From: Candidatus Aegiribacteria sp.
GTDB taxonomy: Bacteria; Fermentibacterota; Fermentibacteria; Fermentibacterales; JCC-6
Assembly: GCA_046498225.1 (NCBI GenBank)
Contig: JAWOBF010000119.1
Span: 1-26,895 of the forward strand
Direction: 5' to 3'
DNA: 26,895 nucleotides
Each line of letters opens with the position of its first letter. Positions within the stretch are counted from its first letter, which is position 1. The notes under the pieces were generated by a model. The model was not told the DNA's origin and did not search any database. It saw only the letters and a program-made list of their open reading frames with translations. Shown in pieces: positions 18,313 through 25,876 of the stretch. The position numbers and the translations under genes were made by a program.

Positions 18313-18331
18313 AGGGTACCGCCCTTTCGGC

Positions 18332-19483
18332 TCAGTATCGAAGGATGGCGGCCGCTCCCCTGCCGTTCGGCATCCTGTCCCTGTCCACGGTGAAGACCCT
18401 GCCGCCCTTCAGAATGGTTTCCTCCACGGTGAAGGAGGCCAGGTCCCGGTCGCCCGGCCGGCGGTCCTGATTTATCTCCACCCTGCGGTCATCCGGATGG
18501 TAGCTGCCATAGAAGGCGTACTCGGGGTCTATCAGCAGGGTTTCTATCCTGCCCTCCGCAGCGGATCTGACAAGTTCCTCCCTGTCATCGGTGGCGGTTC
18601 CGGCGGCCGCGGCGTTGCCGTAGTTCTCCAGGGCCGCATCCAGTTCCCGGCTGAAGATCTTCTCCGTCTTCTCCAGCGACCTGCGGTGAAGCTCCTCGAT
18701 CTCCATGTGGCCGGGGTCCACCTGTACGTTTTCCGGGGATATATGGGGGTATTCGCAGGCTTCGATGAAATCCGGAAGCAGGTATGGAAGCGTGGCGATC
18801 ACGAGAGGTTCCGTCTCGCCGGCGAAGAGGGAGGAGGTCTCTGATGCCACCTCCTTCACGTACCTTCGTATCTTGGACCTTCTCTCCTCCTTCTCCGAAT
18901 CATGACCGTGGAAGGTCATCCTGGCCCCGGACCTGGTTACGCTGGAGGTGGAATGCCCCTGCAGGTGCTTCTCGAAGACGTCGAACCTCAGGGTCTCGGA
19001 TATTCCCTGCGTCAGGCTGTCCGAAGGTATCTCCCGAATGGAGTGCGGGGTAGCCTCGAACAGACGGTTGTCTCCCAGCCCCAGGGCGAGGAGGAAGTAC
19101 CTCCGTTCCCTGGCCACCAGGTATTCAAGGGGCCTGGTGTTGAAACTGTCGCTGACCAGGACGGCCTCCTCCACCGGGAATGGAAGGCGATAGGTCCTGA
19201 AGAATCCCTCGGAGATGTATGCGGCCAGTCCATCCCCCCCGGCTTTCCAGTAGGGGCGCTGCTTTTCCAGCTCCCGGGCGGGTTCCAGCATGCTCTCTAT
19301 CCTTCCAGCCTGAACACCCAGCTCCCGGAGTTCCTTTTCGGCGCGGTTCAGAAGGGTCTTGAACCTGATGCGGTTTTTCTGGTAATCAGCTCCCTTGCCG
19401 GTGGTCGACATCATTATGGAGATGCAGTCTTTTCCTTCACGCTCTTTCAGTTCCTTGAGTTCGTTCACCGTGACGAGTTTCAT
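18332..19483 (-). CDS. Bacterial archaeo-eukaryotic release factor family protein (baeRF3/baeRF7-like; Balon-like)
   Basis: 383 aa with CISIMMST...NRIRFKTLL, GLAAY, F.TRPL, YFLLAL....RLFEAT, FHGH loop, EPLVIA, A.EGRIETLL, TILKGGRV and C-terminal AAILRY. No GGQ motif. Strong TAAGGAGG RBS. Confidence 0.8.
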   Translation of the reverse strand: MKLVTVNELKELKEREGKDCISIMMSTTGKGADYQKNRIRFKTLLNRAEKELRELGVQAGRIESMLEPARELEKQRPYWKAGGDGLAAYISEGFFRTYRLPFPVEEAVLVSDSFNTRPLEYLVARERRYFLLALGLGDNRLFEATPHSIREIPSDSLTQGISETLRFDVFEKHLQGHSTSSVTRSGARMTFHGHDSEKEERRSKIRRYVKEVASETSSLFAGETEPLVIATLPYLLPDFIEACEYPHISPENVQVDPGHMEIEELHRRSLEKTEKIFSRELDAALENYGNAAAAGTATDDREELVRSAAEGRIETLLIDPEYAFYGSYHPDDRRVEINQDRRPGDRDLASFTVEETILKGGRVFTVDRDRMPNGRGAAAILRY

Positions 19484-19582
19484 ATGGCCTCCTTAATGGG
19501 CCGGAGTGATCCGTTTTCATTACGAACATTAATCAATTCCCCGCAGAAGGGATACCGCCGTTCTGCCGCTGCCTGCGGTGGA

Positions 19583-22500
19583 TCATCCCTTCAGCTTGAA
19601 ATCAAGCGAACCCCCCGGTTCCAGCTCCCTCACGTCGTCGGAGACACCCACCTTCACCGGGGGGGCATCGCATTTCCTGCTGCTGACCGTCAGGTTCTCA
19701 TGGGTGATCCTCACAGCTATCCAGTTCCGGCGGTATCGTATGTTGAATCGAATGTCCATGAGTTCATCCGGCAGGTTGGGATTGAACCTGAGTATTCCGC
19801 TCCTGGCCTCGAGGCCGGTATAGCACCTCTGTACCAGGTCCACCGTCCCGGCCATGGCGCCCAGGTGTATTCCCTCATGGGTGGTTCCACCCTGAATATC
19901 CGCCACGTCGCTGTACAGGGCTTCCTTGAAGAGGTCCCATGACCTGCTCCTTCGGCTTCTGGCCATTACCCAGGAATGGACTATCCTGCTGAGGGTGGAA
20001 CCGTGGGAGGTTCTGTTGAGGTAGTATTCCACGTTCCTGGTTATCGTCTCCCGGTCAAAGTCGTACCCCAGCCGGTTGAAGATTTCTTCCAGTTCATCCG
20101 AGGAGAGCAGAAAGAACAGCATCAGGACGTCAGCCTGCTTTGAGACCTTGTAGTTGTTGGGGGAATCTCCCTCGGCCTCCAGTATCCTGTCCAGCCTGTG
20201 GATATCGCCGTACTTCTTCCTGTGTCCCTCCCAGTCGAACTCCTTGAGACTGCCGTACCCTTCGAACTGGCTGATTATCCCCTCATCATGGAAAGGGATG
20301 AAAAGGCTGGTGGACATATTCTTCCACACCGCCATCTCCTCCTCGGACAGATGCAGTTTCTCCCACAGGGCGGTCCTTCGGTCCGGAGGAAGAAGTTCCA
20401 TGGTATCCAGCGCCCTTCCCATGACCCATGCCACCATTACGTTGGTGTACGCGTTGTTGTTCAGCCCCGGTTCCTCCGCTCCGGGGTAGGCGTCATGGAA
20501 CTCGTCCGGACCCATGACACCATGGATCTCGTAGCGGCCGCGCTCCCTGTTGACATGGGCGATGCTGGCCCAGAAGCGTGCGATCTGTATCAGCATCTCG
20601 GCTCCGTAGAAGGAGAGAAAGTCGGCGTCCCCGGTAACCTCGTAGTGCTTCCACGCGTTGTAGGCCACGGCTATGTTGATATGCCTCTGAAGCTGGGAGT
20701 TGTCCGGTATCCAGTGGCCCGATTCCGGGTTCAGGTGGAGTTTCTGGGCTTCCTCCCTGCCGTTGCTCCCGCTCTGCCAGGGGAACATTACACCCCTGTA
20801 ACCGGCCCTGTCTGCCGCTATGCTCGCGTGACGCATCCTGCGGTACCTGTATAGAAGAAGGGTCCTGGTGAGATCGGGTATCCTCAGGTCGAGGAAGGGG
20901 AAGATGAACAGCTCGTCCCACATGATAAGGCCGCGGTAGGCCTCTCCGTGCAGCCCCCTGGGAGGTACTCCCACGTCGGTGCCTATGGAGTGCACGGATA
21001 CTGTCTGAAGAAGATGGAAGATGTGCAGGTTCAGGATGCGGCCGATATCATCATTGGGGCTGTTCGTTTCGATGTGGCATCTGTTCCACAGCCTCTGCCA
21101 GCTGAGGATATGCCGAAGGAGAAGTTCATCGAAGGAATCCGCCTCCGTCACGTCGGTCCGGGCCTCTATCAGGCTCTCCGATATGGCCTGGTCCCTGGAG
21201 GTGTAGAGGGCGGCGATCTTGTCCACTCTGAGCCTGTCTCCCTGTTCCATGGCCAGCGTGATGTCCTGTCCGGCGTAACCGGCTTCAATGACCTCCGTTC
21301 TTTCGGCCTCCACCGGTTCGCCGTTGAGCGTCGTTTCGGTCCTGGCCGCCTCTGCTGCCCTTATCTTCGACTGGTTGGTCTCCACTTCCACCCATATGAC
21401 CCTGTCGCCGTCGGAGCCCTGGGCCAGAGTCTCCAGGTGATGGTTGTCCAGCTGCTGGTAACGCTTTACCTGAGAATTCTCGACCCTGGCGTCCAGGGCG
21501 GAGCGGACGGTGATACGTCCGGACCAGTTCAGCGGGATGATCTCCGTTCTCAATCCGGCCATGTGACGCTCATCCATGTGAGCGAAGCGGGTCTGGACCA
21601 CCCTCGTTGTCCGGCCGTCCCCGTCGGTGAACTCGATATTCCTCCTGAGTACGCCGCCGGCCATGTCCAGCTCCTGGCTGTAGCTCTCCAGCCGGACTTT
21701 CTCCAGGTCGAACCACTCTCCCTCCTCCGCCCTGAAGGTAAGGGGGAGCCAGTTGGGCATGTTCACGATGCTCTCGTTCTCGATGTCCCTGCCGCTGATG
21801 TGGCTTACCCGCCGATTGTAGCAGCCGCCGATGTAGGTCCCCGGGTAGTGATATTCTCCCGCAGGGGATTCAGGGGCGGCTCCCCTGGTGACGAAGTAGC
21901 CGTTGCCGGTGGCGCAGAGGGTTTCCCGGAGCTGCTCCATGGAGGGGTCGTAATCATCGTAGATAAGCTTCCACTCCCCCTCCGGCCGGCTGCTCTCGGC
22001 CAGGTGGAGAAGTTTCTCCAGGAACCCGCCCACCTCCCCGGTATCCCTGAGGACGTACCCGGCCGAGGTGGGCTTCTTCCTGTCGCCCGCCACAAGTACG
22101 CCTATTCCGTCCTTCCTTATCTCCTCGAAAGCGTCCTCGTCGGTAGTGTCATCACCAATATAGATGGGGACGGTGTCCCGGCTGTCCTCCGGGAATCCTT
22201 CCAGCAGGGCTCTCAAAGCTCTGCCCTTGTCCCATTCAACGTCCGGTCTCAGTTCAAATATCTTCTTTCCCGAGGAGACCCTGAGTTCCGGCAGGGCCTC
22301 GGCCGCCTCCTCGGCCAGGCTCCTGACGACATCCTCGTACTCCGGGGGGGATTCCCTGTAATGCAGCGCTATGGCGAACTTCTTTCTCTCCAGCCTTGCC
22401 CCGGGTATCTCCTTCACTCCCGGTCCCAGTTTCTCGGCCGCCCTGTCCAGGGCGGAAAGCAGTTCGTCGGGCCGAACATCGCCGGGAAGGGTTATATCGG

Positions 22501-23551
22501 CCCCGGACACGTCGAAACCGTGGCTGCCGGCGTAGACCAGGCCGTCTATGTCCACCATGTCCATAACGTCCCTCAGGTCCCTTCCGCTTATGATCGCTAC
22601 CGGCCACAGGGAGGAAAGCTTCTTCAGGGTCTCCCTTGTTTCCCGGCTGAGCACGGCGTCCGCCGGGTCGCGGACGATGGGAGTGAGAGTGCCGTCGTAA
22701 TCAAGGAACAGAGCCGGCGAGCCCTGCCTCAGACGGGAGAGGATCATACCCATGTTATCCATGGCCGGAGGTATCCGGACCCTTTCATCCAGTGAATATC
22801 CGGCCATCTTCCACAGACGGCCCAGGTCGGGGACCACAATGTCCGCCCCCTTCCGGAGCAGTTTTTCCCTCTGCTCTCCCGAACCAATGCCCACTACCAG
22901 CGCGAAGCCGCCTTTTCTGCCGGCTTCCACACCCGCCTGGGAATCCTCCACCACCGCCGACCTCTTCGGGTCCGCTCCCAGTCTTTTCGCTGCCTCGAGG
23001 AAAATGTCCGGGTCGGGCTTTCCCGCAAGCCCTATCCGGTCCGCCTCCTCTCCTCCCACCGTAGAGCTGAAGAGTTCCGATACTCCGGCGGATGACAGGA
23101 CCTCCTCCGCGTTCCGGCTGGAGGAAATGACCGCGAACCTCTTGCCCCGGTCCGCGGCTTTCCTGATGAAATCAACAGTGGGTTCGATACGCTCCGCCCC
23201 CTTCTCATCCAGAAGGGTATGGAAAATTCTGTTCTTCAGGTTGCCCAGGGCGCATACCGTGTCGCTGCCCGGGGGGTCATCCGGGCTGCCTTCCGGCAGC
23301 TCGACGCCCCTGGATTGCAGGAAGCTGGCGGCACCTCTGTAGCGCGGCTTGCCGTCCACGTACTCCAGGTAGTCCGATTCAATGCTGAACGGAACGAACT
23401 CGGTGCCCGTCCTTTCCGCGTGTTCCTTCAGGAACCGGTCGAACATCCTCTTCCAGGCTTCCGCGTGCAGGGAAGCCGTCCTTGTGACCACTCCGTCCAT
23501 GTCCAGTATGAAAGCGTCAAGCGCGTCAAGTTCGATATCCTTACCTTTCAT
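19583..23551 (-). CDS. OtsB1-like triple fusion: beta-phosphoglucomutase-like HAD + trehalose-6-phosphate phosphatase + GH65 glycoside phosphorylase/hydrolase
   Basis: HAD: LDMDGVV, SSSRNA, GKPDPDIF, VEDSQAGV. T6PP: FLDYDGTLTPI, ISGR, WDKG, IGDDTTDEDAF. GH65: GNGYF..RG, RGLHGEAYRG..MWDE, FPWQS, MGPDEFH, KQADVLM, HGSTLS. Confidence 0.92.
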   Translation of the reverse strand: MKGKDIELDALDAFILDMDGVVTRTASLHAEAWKRMFDRFLKEHAERTGTEFVPFSIESDYLEYVDGKPRYRGAASFLQSRGVELPEGSPDDPPGSDTVCALGNLKNRIFHTLLDEKGAERIEPTVDFIRKAADRGKRFAVISSSRNAEEVLSSAGVSELFSSTVGGEEADRIGLAGKPDPDIFLEAAKRLGADPKRSAVVEDSQAGVEAGRKGGFALVVGIGSGEQREKLLRKGADIVVPDLGRLWKMAGYSLDERVRIPPAMDNMGMILSRLRQGSPALFLDYDGTLTPIVRDPADAVLSRETRETLKKLSSLWPVAIISGRDLRDVMDMVDIDGLVYAGSHGFDVSGADITLPGDVRPDELLSALDRAAEKLGPGVKEIPGARLERKKFAIALHYRESPPEYEDVVRSLAEEAAEALPELRVSSGKKIFELRPDVEWDKGRALRALLEGFPEDSRDTVPIYIGDDTTDEDAFEEIRKDGIGVLVAGDRKKPTSAGYVLRDTGEVGGFLEKLLHLAESSRPEGEWKLIYDDYDPSMEQLRETLCATGNGYFVTRGAAPESPAGEYHYPGTYIGGCYNRRVSHISGRDIENESIVNMPNWLPLTFRAEEGEWFDLEKVRLESYSQELDMAGGVLRRNIEFTDGDGRTTRVVQTRFAHMDERHMAGLRTEIIPLNWSGRITVRSALDARVENSQVKRYQQLDNHHLETLAQGSDGDRVIWVEVETNQSKIRAAEAARTETTLNGEPVEAERTEVIEAGYAGQDITLAMEQGDRLRVDKIAALYTSRDQAISESLIEARTDVTEADSFDELLLRHILSWQRLWNRCHIETNSPNDDIGRILNLHIFHLLQTVSVHSIGTDVGVPPRGLHGEAYRGLIMWDELFIFPFLDLRIPDLTRTLLLYRYRRMRHASIAADRAGYRGVMFPWQSGSNGREEAQKLHLNPESGHWIPDNSQLQRHINIAVAYNAWKHYEVTGDADFLSFYGAEMLIQIARFWASIAHVNRERGRYEIHGVMGPDEFHDAYPGAEEPGLNNNAYTNVMVAWVMGRALDTMELLPPDRRTALWEKLHLSEEEMAVWKNMSTSLFIPFHDEGIISQFEGYGSLKEFDWEGHRKKYGDIHRLDRILEAEGDSPNNYKVSKQADVLMLFFLLSSDELEEIFNRLGYDFDRETITRNVEYYLNRTSHGSTLSRIVHSWVMARSRRSRSWDLFKEALYSDVADIQGGTTHEGIHLGAMAGTVDLVQRCYTGLEARSGILRFNPNLPDELMDIRFNIRYRRNWIAVRITHENLTVSSRKCDAPPVKVGVSDDVRELEPGGSLDFKLKG

Positions 23552-23630
23552 TCTGCCCTTTCCGGTACCGTGAGGCCGCCTTCCTGCCGCCGCGGTCCGT
23601 TACATGGAACACGGCTTCCGAAAGCTGAGC

Positions 23631-23740
23631 ACTATTATTATATATATATTGAATTAACATATTACATGTGATTATATTATTTATCATATATTCCATTCTA
23701 TTCTGATCATAAAATATCGATTTGAAGACCGAAGTCAATA
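23631..23740 (-). promoter_or_regulatory. Very AT-rich upstream/promoter region of the trehalose-fusion gene
   Basis: Only 15 G+C in the 90 nt from 23631 to 23720 (hand count). On the minus strand, TATAAT occurs at 23637-23642 and 23671-23676, TAGAAT at 23695-23700 and TTGACT at 23733-23738. Confidence 0.55.
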
Positions 23741-23797
23741 CTGCGCTTTCACATGGGGATGGGGGAACCGGTCACCCGGAGGCGGGAACGTTCCGGT

Positions 23798-25087
23798 TCA
23801 GGGCCTGAGGAGCCTGGTCACCGGGGTACGGAGGATCTTTCCGAAGAAGGCGTAGGCCGCTCCGGTGGAAGTCACGAGCATTACACCCGTTCCAGCTGCC
23901 AGCCAGCCCACGGGGAACACCGCCAGGCTGCTGACCGAAGCCCTCAGAACGGGACTCAGTGACAGCAGGGCGCTGCTGGCTCCCCAGGCCAGAAGGCAGC
24001 CCAGAGCGGCTCCCAGAACCATGGTCAGGAAGGACATGAAGAAGATCTGGAAGGCGAATATCATGGCCAGCCTGTTGTGCGGGGTGCCCAGGGCCATGAG
24101 GACACCCAGGGCGAAGCGCCGGTTCTTCAGGTCCATCACCAGGGTGTGGATGGCGCTGGAGAGCGCCGAGAGGAGAATGGCGGCCGCCAGGGCCGAGAGG
24201 GCGGCGGTGACCGCTCCCACAAGTATCTCCGCCTTCTGGGCTATGCCCCTCCTTGTCTCCGCCCGCAGACCGATCTGCTCCACCATTCGGACTATCTCCG
24301 GCACGTCTTCCGCCCTGGCCGCGGTGATTACCAGGGCGCTGTACTCCCTGGGGTCGTCCGGAAGGTACAGGGTGTTTATCTGGTCCACGAACTCGAATGG
24401 GACGCCTATGGCGAAGAGGTTCATGTTCCTCGAAGTCGCCTCTATCCTGGCCCGGACTGTAACCGGTCCGCGGTCCGTCTGCGCTATGGAGCTTCTTCCC
24501 AGGGTCACCGTGCATTCCGTCCCCAGGACCCCTTCCGGTGTAAGTCCTATCAGGTCGTTGGACTCCGCGAAGGCCGCGTTGTAGAGGAGGAGCAGGTTCT
24601 CGCTGAGAATGATCGGAAGGAATCCGGTTGCGGAATCCGCCAGGGTGTAGGACCAGTCGACCTCCCGCAGCAGTGAATCGCCCAGGAACTCCCCGGTGAC
24701 CCCCTCGAGGGTTATATCGGTGTAGTAGGGCTGCCCTCCCAGCCTGCCCCTGAGCGAGGCGGGCACGTGGGCGTATATCTGCGGGTCCACTCTTTCCACC
24801 AGGGGTGAGTTCTCCAGCTCCAGCCTGATCTCCTCCGTTATCTCCGTCCCTCCGCTCTCGGTCTGGAAGAAACCGGCCTGCAGTCCGGCCGGGGTCACCC
24901 TGACCTGTTCGGCGGGAAGGTCGCTGGAGAGGAACCTGTCCAGGAGGTTCTGCACTCCCAGGCCGATGGATATGAAGAAGACCAGAAGCAGGGAGGCGAT
25001 GAAAAGCATGCCCTGGCTGAATATGTAATCCCTCCAGTGCCCCCTGTTCCAGAGATGGATGGCGAGCCTTGTCTCAGCCCACTTCAT
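23798..25087 (-). CDS. ABC transporter permease (FtsX/MacB-like)
   Basis: N-terminal TM helix, long periplasmic domain, then RRFALGVLMALGT and three C-terminal TM helices. Overlaps the end of the ATPase gene. Confidence 0.8.
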   Translation of the reverse strand: MKWAETRLAIHLWNRGHWRDYIFSQGMLFIASLLLVFFISIGLGVQNLLDRFLSSDLPAEQVRVTPAGLQAGFFQTESGGTEITEEIRLELENSPLVERVDPQIYAHVPASLRGRLGGQPYYTDITLEGVTGEFLGDSLLREVDWSYTLADSATGFLPIILSENLLLLYNAAFAESNDLIGLTPEGVLGTECTVTLGRSSIAQTDRGPVTVRARIEATSRNMNLFAIGVPFEFVDQINTLYLPDDPREYSALVITAARAEDVPEIVRMVEQIGLRAETRRGIAQKAEILVGAVTAALSALAAAILLSALSSAIHTLVMDLKNRRFALGVLMALGTPHNRLAMIFAFQIFFMSFLTMVLGAALGCLLAWGASSALLSLSPVLRASVSSLAVFPVGWLAAGTGVMLVTSTGAAYAFFGKILRTPVTRLLRP

Positions 25088-25736
25088 GGAGCCTGCCTTC
25101 CCTCAGTTCCAGTATGCGGTCCGCGCGTCCAAGGACCGCCCTGGAATGCACGACGGCTATAAGGGCGAAATCCTGTTCTCTCCTGAGGTCGTCGATGAGA
25201 TCGAAGAGGGTTTGCTCGCTCTCCATGTCCAGACTGGCGCTGGGCTCGTCCGCCAGCAGCACCGATGGTCTGTTGACCAGCCCCCTGGCCACGGCCACCC
25301 GCTGTCTCTCACCCCGGGACAGAAGGTTGGTGGGAGTTTCGTCCGCCCGGATGGAGAGCTTCTGAAGCACTTCCCCGGCCTGCTCCCTCGCCTTCTGCAG
25401 GTCGTTGCCGGAGAAGACCGCGGGCAGAATGGTGTTCTCCAAGGCGGTAAGGTCCGGAAGAAGGTGGAAATCCTGAAACACGAAGCCCAGATACTCCCTT
25501 CTCAGAACCGCCAGCTCCGAGGAAGAAAGCTCACGGGTATTCCTGTCAGCTATGAGGAGGTCTCCGCCGTGATCGAGGTCGTGGGTGCCCAGAATGGCCA
25601 GAAGGGTGCTCTTCCCCACTCCGCTCCTGCCCACGACGGCAAGGAACTCTCCCCGCCGGACTTCCAGGTCCAGCCCGGAGAGCACGTTGATATCGTTGAA
25701 GCTCCTGCCGATGCCGCGGGCGCTAATTATGCTCAT
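25074..25736 (-). CDS. ABC transporter ATP-binding protein (LolD-like)
   Basis: Walker A GRSGVGKST, Q-loop FVFQDFHL, variant signature LSRGERQR, Walker B LLADEPS and H-loop VVHS. Confidence 0.9.
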   Translation of the reverse strand: MSIISARGIGRSFNDINVLSGLDLEVRRGEFLAVVGRSGVGKSTLLAILGTHDLDHGGDLLIADRNTRELSSSELAVLRREYLGFVFQDFHLLPDLTALENTILPAVFSGNDLQKAREQAGEVLQKLSIRADETPTNLLSRGERQRVAVARGLVNRPSVLLADEPSASLDMESEQTLFDLIDDLRREQDFALIAVVHSRAVLGRADRILELREGRLHEVG

Positions 25737-25778
25737 TCAGCCTTCTATCCGGTCTCCATGATTGCCGCTTTCCGCGGG

Positions 25779-25808
25779 ATGATACCATCCCCCTCTTCCC
25801 CGTGTCAA
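25779..25808 (-). promoter_or_regulatory. Sigma70-type promoter for the second ABC operon
   Basis: Minus strand reads TTGACA (25808-25803), an 18-nt spacer ending in TGG (extended -10), then TATCAT (25784-25779), about 40 nt upstream of the ATG at 25736. Confidence 0.7.
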
Positions 25809-25876
25809 TAAAGGGGACGGAGGGATTTTAATCGTCTTCAGCAAATAATTCTACAATGTATGGTTCCTCCCCCGTA

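Noticed and set aside
18311..18328. Short hairpin AAGGG/CCCTT between convergent genes
   Set aside because: The stem is only 5-6 bp, too weak to call a bidirectional terminator.
20948..22795. 615-aa plus-strand ORF
   Set aside because: It lies wholly antisense to the well-supported GH65/T6PP fusion and has no recognisable motifs. Long shadow ORFs are expected in GC-rich DNA.
23541..23738. 65-aa AT-rich ORF upstream of the trehalose fusion
   Set aside because: It has a weak start, no RBS and a composition unlike the other genes. It is better explained as promoter DNA.
23631..23740. Possible replication origin in the AT-rich block
   Set aside because: I found no DnaA-box cluster and there is no dnaA, dnaN or gidA context.
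23765..23799. Hairpin GAACCGG...CCGGTTC with inner CCCG/CGGG after the permease stop
   Set aside because: The stem is interrupted and has no U-tract, which is not enough to call an intrinsic terminator or ncRNA.
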